A DNA stretch of 64,000 nt from Octopus sinensis. Taxonomy: Eukaryota. This document shows positions 51,020 through 63,629 of this stretch, piece by piece. A model generated the notes under the pieces. That model was given only the letters and a program-made list of their open reading frames with translations, was not told where the DNA came from and did not search any database. The stretch lies in assembly GCF_006345805.1 (NCBI RefSeq), contig NC_043010.1, positions 17,918,001-17,982,000 on the forward strand. Reading direction: 5' to 3'. Both the position numbers and the translations under genes were made by a program. Within the stretch, counting starts at the first letter, position 1. Every line of letters begins with the position of its first letter.

Positions 51020-53340
51020 ATCATCATCATCATTATTTAACGTCTGTTTTCCATGCTGGCATGGGTTGGACAGTTTGACAGGAACTGGCAAGCCTGTCCA
51101 GTTGTCTGCTTAGGCATGGTTTCTATGGGTGGATGCCCTTCTATATGCCAACCATTTCACAGAGTTTACTGGTGGCACCAACACCAGCACTTTTATGTGA
51201 CACCAGCACTCACGAGTCCTCAAGACTAGGATCTCTCAGCTGAGAGACGGATGTAGTAGAGGACATTCCTGTATGTAGGGATGGCCATGATTTCGCTTAA
51301 CATGTCTTCTCAATCACAGCAAACTGCCAGAAGTCTCTGTTCCCCTGTCATCCACTCTGTGAGGCCCAACGTCTGAAGATCCTTTCTCACCACTTCATCC
51401 CACATCTTCCTAGGTCTACCCCTTCCACATGTTCCCTCTACAATTAGAGATCAGCACCTCTTGGTGCAACTGTCTTCATTCATGTGCATCACGTGGCCAC
51501 ACCAGTGCAGCCTCTTCTCTCTTGCACACTACACCTGATACTACACATACCCAGTTTTTCTCTCAAATCCCTTACACTCTGTCATATATGCACACTGACA
51601 TTACCCATCCAGTGGAGCATACTTTCAAGACTTCACGTATCCTCAGTAGTCCCAGCCTATGTCTCACTACCATGTAGCATAGCTGTTCATACTCAGACAT
51701 CATACAATCTGCCTTTCACTCTGAGAGAGAGGCCTTTTGTCACTAAGAGAGGTAGAAGCTCTCTGAACTTTTCTTAGTCCAGTCTTATTCTAATAGCTAC
51801 ACTTTTGGAACTATTTCCTCTGCTGCTAATTTGACCACCTAAGTAAAGGAAATTGTCCACTGCTTCTAAGGAACAACCCAGACATTTGCTTAATGCACCT
51901 GTACATCTGCCACACACAAACACTACTTTTTCAGTTAATCTTCCCCTGATACTGATGCATCTTTTATGTGTCCATAGCTTGTACTGGGTACACCTTATGG
52001 AGTTTCTACCAACACCTTTTCTATAAATCAAGCAAGGCCATCTCCCTGAAGGGATCAGTGATTTGTCTGTTTTCCTACTTATAAAGACTTTGATCTTTGC
52101 TAAAATTAACTCTAAGGTCCTTTGATTCTAGACCTTGCTTACACTCCTGAATTTTTTGGTCTAGTTCTGGTATTGATTCAGCAACGAGAACAAGGTCATC
52201 AGTGTAGAGGAGCTCCCAAAGGCAGCCAGTCTTAAATTTCTGTTATGACCTGAGAAACTATGATAAAGAAGAAGGGGTTGAGAAGCGATCCCCAGTAAAC
52301 TTTATCTGTACTTTAAATTTCTTGCATACTCATTGCTGACTTTCACGTTACTAACGGCATCCCTGTATATGGCTTGTACAGCTTTCACTAATCACTCATC
52401 TATCCCTAGCTTCTGCATTGCCAACTAGATAAGGGATCAGGAGACTCTGTCAAAGGCTTTCTCCATGTCAACAAAAACCAAATACATCATCATCATCGTT
52501 TAATGTCTGCTTTCCATGCTAGCATGGGTTGGACGATTTGACTGAGGTCTGGCAAACTAGATGGCAGCACCAGACTCCAATCTGATCTGGCAGAGTTTCT
52601 ACAGCTGGATGCCCTTCCTAAAGCCAACCACTCCAAGAGTGTAGTGGATGATTTTATGTGCCACCGGCACGAGGGCCAGTCAGGTGGTACTGGCAACGGC
52701 CATGCTCAAATGGTGTTTTTTACGTGCCACCTGCACAGGAGCCAGTCCAGTGGCACTGGCAATGACCTCACTCTGGCTAAATACTTCTGTAGTTGCCTAA
52801 CCAGGAATATAGCATTGGCCATGCTCTTGCCTGGTACAAATCCAAACTGCATCCCATCTCCACTAACTCTCTCCCTAATTAGTTGAACTATGGCCCTTTC
52901 TGTGACTTTCATCACCTGGTCCAGCAAATTTGATACCCCTGTAATTATTTCTGTCTAAAGCATCACCTTTACCTTTGTAGCAGTTGACTATAATGATGCT
53001 CTCCCAGTTGTTGACTATAACTCACTCATGGACAATCTGATTAACTATATGCGTGACAAGTCATATCCCACTCCACCAGATATTTTAAGCATTTCCCTTT
53101 CTTCATATTCTTAATTGCTTCATTTACTAAGCTACTGTCAATTCAGATAGCTGTCCCTTCTGTTGGGTCCACATTAGACAGACTCTCCTTCTTCCAAGCA
53201 TTCTCTACATTTAGCAACTTTTCATCGTAGTACTTCCAAGCCTTCTTCTTTACAGAATCACTAACTGTAAGTGAGCCATCATCCATGTGAGCACACTTCT
53301 CTCCTGCAATGTCACAATTTTCTGTGACACACTGTCTTGC
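51020..53340 (-). mobile_element. RTE LINE, degenerate, 5'-truncated, interrupted at 52485-52770
   Basis: LKISGGVGY, MQFGFVPGKSMANAIFLVRQLQKYLA, FVDMEKAFD, WELLYTDD, RNSIRCTQYKLWTHKRC, with its own 3' tail at about 51020-51330. Confidence 0.88.
52485..52770 (-). mobile_element. Younger RTE-tail element nested in the RT of the older copy
   Basis: (CAT)n-cgtttaatgtctgctttccatgctagc... splits KYLA from FVDMEKAF. Confidence 0.85.
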
Positions 53341-53570
53341 AATCTAAAACTTTGTTTTATATGCATGTATGTGGGTTTGCTTACTATACTGCTTGTACCC
53401 ATGGTTTTATTCCAAAGGAATAAACGGTGTAAAATGCAATCTTCTCATCAGGAAAGAAACAGAATCTATCTCAACAACAAGACATTATAACAATGTTGTC
53501 TTCGAAACATATGTCGAAAGTAAAAGAATTTGAATAGCATCTGTGTTCAACTCCATTCATTTACTTATGT

Positions 53571-53636
<66 letters not shown>

Positions 53637-53669
53637 GTTATATATATTTATATGACTATATATATATCA

Positions 53670-56400
53670 TCATCATTACCATTATCATCATCATTAATGT
53701 CCATTTTCCATGCTTGCATGGGTTGGATGGTTCGACTAGGTCTGGGAAGCCAGGAGACTGCACCAGTCTCCTGTCTGATCTGGCAGTATTTCTACAGCTA
53801 GATGCCTTTCCTAACACCAACCACTCTGTAGTGGGTACTTTTTACGTGCCACTGGCACAGAAGCCGGTCATGCCGCGCTGGCATCAGCCACGTTTGGATG
53901 GTGCTTTTTACGTGCCACTGGCATGGGTATCACAACTACAATTTCCATTTGATTTTTATTTTGATGTTGATGTACTTGACTCAATAGGTCTCCTCGAGCA
54001 CAGCAGGCTGCCCTACAATCCAAGGTTAGCACAGCAGGCTGTCCTGAGAGCCATGAACTCACTTCATTTGTCAGGTCTTCGCAGTCACAGCATATCTCCA
54101 GAGGTCTCAGTCTTTCGTCATTGCCTCTGTGAGGCCCAATGTTCGAAGGTCATGCTTGACCAGCTCATCCCATGTCTTCCTGGGTCTACCTCTACCCCGG
54201 ATTCCTTCAACTGTTTGGGAGTGGCACTTCTTCACACATCTCTCCTCATTCATCAATAGTACATGACCATACCAGCGCAAACGCCTCTCCTGCACACCAC
54301 ACCCAATACTTCTTATGTCCAATAGTTCTCTCAGGGCACTTACACTCTGTCGTGCAAGCACACTGACATTACACATCCAGTGGATCATGCTAGCTTCATT
54401 TCTTTCAAGCCTATGCATGTCCTCTGCAATCATGGCCGATGTTTCACTGCCATGAAGCATGACAGTTCGCACACATGCGTCATACAATCTAGCTTTCACT
54501 CTGAGCTAGAGACCCTTTGTCACCAGTAGGGGAAAAAGCTTTTTAAACTTTGCCCAGGTTATTCTTATTCTAGTGGTAACACTCTCTGAGCATCGACCCC
54601 AACTAATAACTTGGTCACCTAGGTAGTGGAAGCTATCAACTACTTCTAGTTTCTCCCCCAGTAGTGTGATGGAATCTGTTTTCTGAGTATCTGTGGTGTC
54701 TATTGCCCCTGTGCATCTGCCACACATGAAAGCTATCTTCTCAGTTAATTTTCCTTTGATGTTGTTGCACCTCTTATGTGTCCATAGCTTACACTGGGTA
54801 CATCTTATGGAGTTTCTACCTATACCTTTTCTATAGATTGAGCAGGGTCACCTACCTGAGAGGGTGTGTGATGAGTTCGCCTTCCTACTTAATAGAACTT
54901 TGGTCTTTGCTACATTGACTCTAAGGCCTTTTGATTCTAAACCTAGCTTCCACACACGAAATTTCTTTTCTAGTTCTGGTAGTGGTTCTGCTATGAGGGC
55001 CAGGTCATCAGCATAGAGGAGCTTCCAGAGGCAACCCATCTTGAATTCTTCTGTTATTGCCTGGAGGGCTATGATGAATAAAAGGGGACTGAAAGCTGAA
55101 CCTTGGTAGACTCCTACTTCTACCCGGAATTCTTCACTATACTCATTGCCAATCCTAACCTTACTAACGGCCTCTCTGTAAAGGGTCTGTACAGCCCTTG
55201 TTAACCATTCGTCAATCTCCAGTTTCCACATCACCCACCAGATAAGGGACCGGGGGACCCTGTCAAAGGCTTTCTCCAAGTCCACAAAAGCTATGTAGAG
55301 GGGTTTATCTTTAGCTAGGTATTTCTCCTGCAGTTGTCGAACCAAGAATATGGCATCAGTGGTGCTTCTACTCGGTACAAAACTGAACAGCATCTCATCT
55401 AAGCAGACACTCTCCCTAATGAGATGGGCTATGACCCTCTCTGTGACCTTCATCACCTGATCCAGCAGTTTGATACGCCTGTAGTTATTTCTCTCTAGAG
55501 CATTACCTTTACCCTTGTAGCTATTGACTATGGTGCTGCTATGCCAGTCGTTGGGTATGACTCCATCATGAACTACTTGGTTTACAATGGAGGTGACTAA
55601 GCCATAGCCCACACCACCAGATGTTTTAAGCATCTCAGCAGTGATTCCTGATGGGCCAGGGGCTTTTCCTGGCTTCATACCTTTAATTGCGTTATCTACT
55701 AGGGAGCTATCTATTTGGATAGCTGGTCCCTCTACTGGGTCAACATTTGGCAGGCTCTACTCCTCCCATTCATTCTCCACATTCAGCAGTCTTTCACAGT
55801 GGCTTCTCCAAGCCTCTTTCTTTTCTAAATCACTAAAAGCAAGCACCCCATCATCCATTCAAAGACATTTCTCTCCTGTGACATCACAATTTTCTCTCAC
55901 ACACTGTCTTGCAATCCTAAATACCTCAGTTCTTTAGTCCTCACATCGCTGGACACTGGCAAACTTCTTCTTTTCCGCTTCACTCTTGGCTATGTATACC
56001 TGCTGCCCAGCCTCCCTCTTAGCTACCTGGTACAGTTCCCTGCTATCCCCACCCTTCCAGGCTTTCCAGGTCTATTTCTTTGATCTAATGGCTTTGTCTA
56101 CCATACTATTCCACCACATAACTCTAAGTCTGGAAGGGACTTTGCACCATCCGCAGACTTAGTCTGTGGCACTCAGCAAGCTGACCCGTAGGAATTTCCA
56201 GCTACCTTCTATGTCTGATGTCTGTAGTTCCTCCTCCCTCTCCTCAAATTTCTTGATGAGGGTGTCCCTAAATCTCTGACCATATGAAGGGTTCTTTAGC
56301 CTCCAAATTTTTGTTTTGGGGATTATCTGCTCCTTGGTATCCTTCTGGCCTCAAACCTAAAGTCACTAATGACTAGCCTATGCTGGGGGGGGGTACATTC
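53670..56400 (-). mobile_element. RTE-clade LINE, RT domain largely intact, with complete 3' UTR and (GAT)n tail
   Basis: KPGKAPGPSGITAEML, NYRRIKLL, AFVDLEKAFDRVP, VGVYQGSAFSPLLF, LLYADDL, VDSFHYLG, LHGSETSA, RLRWYGHV, GRGRPRKTW; scattered stops and frameshifts. Confidence 0.93.
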
Positions 56401-56512
56401 TTTGTATTTAAGAGCAGCCCTGCGTCCCGCTGTCTGGTGAAGACGAAATCAATCTGATTGATAGGTATAAAGTGGCTGTCTGGCATCCTGAAGTTAGTGT
56501 TGCATATATATA

Positions 56513-56550
<38 letters not shown>

Positions 56551-56555
<5 letters not shown>

Positions 56556-56819
56556 ATTTTATAACTAGGGTTCAGCAAAGATTTGCTTAACCACATACCG
56601 AAGTTTAGAAATCGCAGCCAAAGAACCTTACCTATTTCTTCTACAATCAAATACCGATTGATTTTCGTTATTTTTCCTCTCTGTCTGCGTGGGTTCTTTC
56701 AAGTACTTTGTTGTTGTCCGGGAGTCTCTTCTTAAAGTAGAAGAAATAGCTAAGGTTCTTTGGCTGCTATCTCTATGTGGTTAGCAAATCTTTGCTGAAC
56801 CCTAGTTATAAAATATTGT
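56551..56819. repeat. Inverted repeat (arms 56551-56644 and 56737-56819)
   Basis: acaatattttataactagggttcagcaaagatttgc / gcaaatctttgctgaaccctagttataaaatattgt. Confidence 0.88.
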
Positions 56820-56934
56820 TTAAGTTTACCGAGAAATGGTCCTTTTTCATGCTGAATTTTACTTGGTGAAATTATTGATTACTAGTTAATTAATCAATTT
56901 TACCCTTTGTTATTATATATGTATATGCATATAT

Positions 56935-57237
56935 CACGTGAACACGTGACCAACCAGACCATCAGATATTGTTACACATCGCTGGTCACAATGCGTTTGC
57001 ATTGTTTTAGCCTTTGAATGATGCCACCTCGCTGGCTAAGCGAGCAGGCCAACAGAAGAAAGAGTGGGAGAAAGAGTGGTGAAAGAGTACAGCAGGGATC
57101 ACCACCCCCTGCCGGAGTGTCGTGGAGCTTTTAGGTGTTTTCGCTCAATAAACACTCACAACGCCCAGTCTGGGAATCAAAACCGCGATCCTACGACCAC
57201 GAGTCCACTGCCCTAACCACTGGGCCATTATGCCTCC
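56935..57237 (-). mobile_element. tRNA(Arg)-like SINE sharing its 5' half with family E
   Basis: Head ggaggcataatggcccagtggttagggcagtggactcgtggtcgtaggatcgcggttttgattccc; shared aaaacacctaa...gctccacg...ccggcag body. Confidence 0.8.
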
Positions 57238-57872
57238 GCATATATACGTATATATTCCTGTTTAAATTCCATTCTGTCAACATTTCAAATGTAAAATTCT
57301 TCCCTGAAGGTGGAGGCTGATGTTATCCAATGAGGGGATCAAGTTACAATCATTATTTTGGACCACCAAGCCCCCAGAAACAGCTGTTGGAGTTGTAAAA
57401 CTCTTATTTAACCCCTTTAATTCCTGATTTCATTTTTATTCTGTGTAAGTCAGATCTTTCTATATGTAAGACACACACACACACATATATATATTGTGTG
57501 TATATGTAAATATGTGTGTGTATATATATATGTGTGTGTGGTGTGTGTATACATATATATATATTTTTTTTTAATTAATAATAGAAGGGTGAAAATTTAT
57601 TAATTAAATTAATTAATTAATTAATCAAATAATTAATAATTTTACCAAGTAGATTGGCATGTTAAAATAACCTTTATAAGTAAAATTATACAAATATTTT
57701 ATAATTATCCACATAATTATAATTAGGGTTCAGCTAATTGCTTCACTACATGCTGAATTAAGAAATAGAAGTTAAAATTCCTTTTCTGCTACTATAAGAA
57801 TCTCCATGATGGTAAACACTTTTTTACGAAGGCAAAGAGAAAAGCAATGAATCAACAAGGACCAGGATTAAC

Positions 57873-57931
57873 TACATACGCGTTTCGAGATTAAAGTGAT
57901 TTAAATTTTACTTACTTCTCTCTTCAGTATA
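57873..57931 (-). ncRNA. Minimal type-I hammerhead ribozyme, canonical core
   Basis: UAUA-CUGAAGA-GAGA(26 nt)UCUC-GAAAC(GC)GUA-UGUA. All core nucleotides are canonical; stem III is the palindrome ACGCGU; predicted cleavage 3' of 57877. Confidence 0.72.
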
Positions 57932-57972
57932 ATATCTCTAATTTTTTCAAATTTTATAAAAAAAATGGGAAA

Positions 57973-58028
57973 TATACTGAAGAGAGAAGTAAGAAAATTC
58001 AAATTACTTTAATCTCGAAACGCATATA
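57973..58028 (+). ncRNA. Inverted second copy of the hammerhead (GUA to AUA change)
   Basis: tata-ctgaaga-gaga...tctc-gaaac-gc-ata-tat. Confidence 0.55.
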
Positions 58029-58109
58029 TAAATATATATATGTATACACATATATTTATATATATATATATATGTACACACACACACACACACACATATA
58101 TTTATATAT

Positions 58110-58845
58110 ATCATCATCATCATCATTTAACGTCTGTTGTCCATGCTGGCATAGGTTGGATGATTTGACCAGGGCTGGTAAGCTAGAAGGCTGCATCAGA
58201 CTCCAGTCTGATATGGCATGGTTTTCTATGGCCGGATGCCCTTTCTAATACCAACCACTCTGAGAGTGTAATGTGTGCTTTTGCATGCCACCAGCATGGG
58301 TGCCATTTGCATAACACCAGTATCTGCCACAACATAACGCCAAAGATCTAGGTCACTGGCTCTGTGACACCCAACACTCAAAACGAACTCAGCCACTTTG
58401 CCTCCGTCAGGCCCAATACTTAACGGAACTTAACCACTTTGCATCTTCACCATCTTCTCTCTCTCCCCCTCCCTTCCTTTCTTCAACTGGGGTAGCCATG
58501 TATCTGCTCTGCTACAAGAGCCCTGATGCTGTCCCTCTGTCATACCCTAACCTCTTATCACCTGGCACAAAGCCACCTCTCTCAATACAACCCTGCTCCA
58601 CTCAACAGAGAGGTGAGTACTTGGTCACCTCGCCAGTACTGGTGTCACATAAAAAGAACCCAGTACACTCTGTAAATTGGTTGACATTAGGAAGAACCCG
58701 CAGTTAGGAAGAACTATGCCAAAGCAGACGGTCGGGCATAATGTAGTTCTCTGGCTCGTCAGTTCCTGTCAAACCGTCCAACCCATGCCAGCATGGAAAG
58801 CGGGCGTTAGATACAAAATGATGATGATGATGATGATGATGAGAT
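58110..58845. mobile_element. Two RTE-tail elements in opposite orientations (58110-58330 minus; 58640-58845 plus)
   Basis: Shared tail sequence in both orientations. Confidence 0.7.
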
Positions 58846-59047
58846 ATTCGTAATACAAACGGCAAAACAGAACACAAAATACCACTTTTGAATTAACCAG
58901 CAAAAGTTAGAAAGTGACATAAAAGCCGAGGGTTTCGTACATCGATAGTTACCAAACTGTGATAAATTCCAATACACGAATGTCTCAACCCATAAATTAT
59001 GCAGATTATTAATAACACACACACACACACACACAAATATAAATACA

Positions 59048-59975
59048 GGCGCAGGCGTGGCTCTGTGGTAAGACGTTTGCTTCCTAAACACATATTTTGG
59101 GTTCAGTCCCACTGCGTGGCACCTTGGGCTAATCTCTTCTACTATATCGTCGGCCCGACTAAAGCCTTGCCAGTGGATTTCATACATGTGAGTGTGTGTC
59201 TGCGCGCGTAAGTGAGTCCACGGCTTGTCAACCGGTGTTGGTGTGTTTACGTCTCCCCTAAACAAGCGGTTCGGTAAAATAAATACCAGGCATAAAAAAG
59301 AAAACGAATTGAGGTTGATTTGTTCGACCAAAACTGTCCAAGGCGATGCCAGTACTACTAGCGAACAGTGGTCCCGGTGCGCGCACTCGCGCATCCGCGC
59401 TAGCTATTCGTAAGTAGTCGATCCCGCTATGCCAAAATAATTTATTTACTTAGTTTAAAAAATTATTTACTTTGCGTTTTATTTACTTTGTTCGAAAAAT
59501 ATTATTTAATTTTCTTTGATATGTATTCAGCCTTGAAATACAAACATACGCGTAGGATCGACTACTTGGGTACTACTTGAGAACAGTGGTCCCGGTGCGC
59601 GCACTCGCGTAGTCGCGCATCCGCGCTAGCTAGTCGTAACTAGTCGATCCTACAACGACTACCTAGCAAGGTAAATAAAACACAAAATAAAAATGGATCT
59701 TTTCGATTATAATATTTTTTTTACTCAAAGTAAATAATTTTTGCTAAACAAAGTAAATAAAACACAAAAACACAAAGTAAGGATCGACTAGTCACGACTA
59801 GCTAGCGCGGATGCGCGAGTGCGCGCACTGGGACCACTGTTCTCGAGTAGTACCCTACTTACGACTAGCTAGCGCGGATGCGCGAGTGCGCGCACCGGGA
59901 CCACTGTTCGCTAGTTGTACCGCGATGCCCCAGCATGGTCGCAGCCTAAAGGCCACATGATTGCTAAAATAGAAG
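59048..59975 (+). mobile_element. SINE family A interrupted in its tail by a MITE
   Basis: Head at 59048; tail aaggcgatgcc|...|ccagcatggtcgcag resumes at 59922. Confidence 0.85.
59351..59921. mobile_element. CpG-rich GGTAC-terminal MITE with 8-bp TSD, containing a nested relative (59569-59854)
   Basis: TIR (g/a)gtac(t/a)actagcgaacagtggtcccggtgcgcgcactcgcgcatccgcgctagcta; TSD gcgatgcc at 59343-59350 and 59922-59929. Confidence 0.88.
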
Positions 59976-60324
59976 AGAGTAATTGACACCGAAGTCTTAA
60001 GGAAGCCGTTCGCATCGAGTTGTCTCCCCCTGCCGTCCGATGTCTTGGTGTTTACCAACATCGAAGGCAAGAGACCTGGGTTCCTCCTCTATGTCGACCT
60101 TCCAACCAATTCGCTTCTGTAGCCACATCCTACAACTGTTTACGATTCTTTTACTTTAGGATTTGTTTTAATTTTCAATATTGTTTTTTTTTTTGATGTT
60201 TTGTTTTTGATCATCTTTGTTGGAGGAAATGATATTTCTTATGTTTGGATGCTTTACGTCGACACACAATGGAAGTAGTCTAAGCTGTGGAACATCAAAT
60301 TCTTTACAAAGGTAAAAGTACATA

Positions 60325-60383
<59 letters not shown>

Positions 60384-60476
60384 ACACACACACACTGACA
60401 CAAATATATTTATACATATATCTGTATTTTTATAGTCTTATTTTGTTTCGGCCCTCCCCTTTATGTGTATTAGAAG

Positions 60477-60521
<45 letters not shown>

Positions 60522-63260
60522 AAAAAGAGATTTTGTTTATATAGCTATTGACATTTATATATATATATATTATACATACACACAAAACACACACACGCAT
60601 GTGTTTAATACACGCTCAACTCATATTTATGTATATATGTGTGTGTGTGTGATGCGTGTGTTACTGTAATATCTTGTTTTTAAAAAATTACTGGCAATGA
60701 TTTCGTAAATTTTAAAATCTTGTAGATACACACACACGCACACACTGCGAAGACTCTTATAAGGATTCGTCTCCTTCCTAAATGTCCCGAAGGATTATTT
60801 GTGGTCGCTTTCAAAAGTCCAGTTTGGAAGGTTTCTGTCTTATACCTGGAAGGTCCTGGTTGGATAGGATGTTGCTGTCAGATATGGCACGGGACGATTT
60901 AAACACGTGCATTTGAAGCTGAATGGATCGATCGTCCATCTAAACCCCTTATAATGAAATATATTACATCCTCACCCCCACCCCGGTGTCATATTGGAAT
61001 TTTGGCGATTCCACAACTGTTTAGTATCAGATCATCCCAGATGAAATTTTATCCACATCTCTCCTTTTCCTTCTACGTGTTTTTCGCGGCCATCCGAAAG
61101 ATCCTTCTTTTTTTAGGTGGTAAGGAGATTTAGCTGCAATTTCTAGGAGGCCGAGGTGTCTCATAGGTGTCACCCTCACCAGCCAGTGTTCTCATGTGTT
61201 AAAAGAATTAAGCTTACAGACAGTACATGATATCAGTAAAAGGACTCGAACATTTTGTTTGTTAATTTAACAACTGAATTCAACTCGAGCCACTCTCCAT
61301 TCAACAAAGAATATAGGAAGTGAGTCTATGAGGTCTCCATGTAAGATTAATTAATTATACTTATTACGTTATTTTAACTTTCTTTTTAATCATTTAATCA
61401 GAGGAGGAGGTGTAGCCTACATGCCTTTTTCCGAAATTAGTGGAACAATGAGCGTATTATCCCCGGATTAGGGATCTGACCTCAACGCATACAGCAGAAT
61501 GAACTTGAATAAAGACACCTAAGTGTCATATGGCGGTGTTAAACCGGACAACTGATTTAATCTGCCACCCAAGAACGGGAATAAACCCATGAACAGCCCC
61601 CACACACGTTTCAATCCTTAAATTTCACTTGCAATGAAAGACACTTACTCAAAGTGCTGTGCAACGGGATTGAACCTGAAACACATGGTTGAAAAGTGAA
61701 CCTGTTAACATGTCTGCACTTGTTTATGTACACACTAATTGTGGGATGCAATGAATGATTGTGGACTTGTAGATGAAAAATGTAATGTGTGAAATTACGT
61801 GAACGCAAGCCGTGGATTCAATGTGTTTCTGAAAACTATTTCTACGTTATCTAAATTACACCACAGTTGTCAGGTAGGTTGGCTGAGCACCTGGCAGTGG
61901 TGAAACACCAGACATCATCTGTTGAACATCCAGGGAGAAATTCTGTTTTACTTCAACACCCGTTTCGTAAGAAGGGTATAATATAATGGATTTACAAGGA
62001 AAAGGGCACGGAATTACGGAGAGGCAGAAATGTCAAAAACTACATTTTCTGGACAAAAAATTCTTTCGCAGAAGGAAACACCCACCCAATTCATCGCTCT
62101 TTCCTTTCTCCATGAAGCAGTGACAGCTATTTGGAAAGATGGATGTAAGAGTAACAATTTATTTGAAATTCAGGCCAAAGCACTGGTTCTTTAGACTTAA
62201 AAAGAATTGTCATCGCTCTCTTCTGGCCACTCTCATAAGAGGTTCCGAACTCCATGCAATAGGCTAATACAGCAGTTACCAACTACACTGTTCTGCTTAT
62301 GATTGTTATTGCAGGTATTTGAAATCCTCCACCACCAGTGAAACCTCTATGTGGTCGCCTGACCTGGCTAAAATAAATTTACCTGAAATTACTCCGTATT
62401 GTTTACAAAAGAACACATTGGATAATGGGGACCTAATCGCAACTCGAAGAAGACGTGGTGGCCACGGCTGGAATACCTTTCATCATATGATCGTTTAATT
62501 TCTTCTCAAATAACTTCCATTGTCATGCTTTGTATGTTAGTATAACTGGGATTAAATGATATCTCAAAACATGCTAAACGTATTTCATTACTACCCACAA
62601 GGGGCTAAACACAGAGGGGACAAACAAGGACAGACATACGGATTACGAAATACCGCTGAACATTTTGCCCAGACAAGTCATCTAAGGGAAGAGCTACATT
62701 AAACTTCTAACTGCTGTCCGACACACCTTTCATATTTATTAAGAATATATATTTATCGATGGAGTTAAAGTCTGGAAAACGAAAACATTTAATAATATAT
62801 ACTTTCACTGAAACATAACCGAGCAATTATCATACATCTGCTTATCTCCCTTCGCCTTCACTCTTCACTGCAGAGTCCCAAACAGTACGATTCATCCCTT
62901 TTAATGTTTGTAATTTAAGATGGCGGGAAAAGGGGAAATATTGAGGTACGAAGGATTTTGAAGAACGGCAGTATTTGATCCATCAGCTATTTGTTTTCGC
63001 TGCTGTTTTTAAAACTATGTTCTTGCAATACACTTTTATTTATTAAGTTTTGCTTGTAAGTAAATATGCTTACCATTTCGCTTTCCTTTCTTAATCTAAC
63101 GTAGCATTAAAAAATGTTTTAATGATTCTCAAATAAACTCCCTCTCACGACTATTTTTTTTTTCTTCAAAACATTTCAAAATTTAGAGTTTTGAACTGTT
63201 TTGTTTTATGGGATTCAGGATTCTAAGCTTTTCGTCTTTTAAGCTTTCATTATTCTGACC

Positions 63261-63619
63261 CTCTTTACTCTTTTACTTGTTTCAGTCATTTGACTGCGGC
63301 CATGCCGGAGCACCGTCTTTAGCCGAGAAAATCGACCCCAGGACTTATTCTTTGTAAGCCTAGTACTTATTCTATCGGTCTCTTTTGCCGAAACGCCAAG
63401 TTACGGGGACGTAAACACACAAGCATCGGTTGTCAAACGATGTTGGGGGACATCGTTTATACGACGAGCTTCTTTCAGTTTCCGCCTGCCAAATCCACTC
63501 ACAAGGCTTTGGTCGGTCCGAGACTATAGTAGATGACACTTTCCCAAGGTGCCACGCAGTGGGACTGAACCCGGAACCATGTGGTTGGTGAGCAAGCTAC
63601 TTACCACACAGCCACTCCT
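63261..63619 (-). mobile_element. Full-length SINE family A lacking the internal microsatellite segment
   Basis: Close to the family consensus, CpGs largely retained. Confidence 0.92.
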
Positions 63620-63629
63620 TCGGGACTCT

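Noticed and set aside
53401-53460. CUGAUGA on the minus strand near 53445
   Set aside because: No matching stem II or GAAA downstream.
59696-59706. ggatcttttcg inside the GGTAC MITE matching the GGATC MITE terminus
   Set aside because: Only 11 bp in AT-rich sequence; insufficient to claim a relationship.
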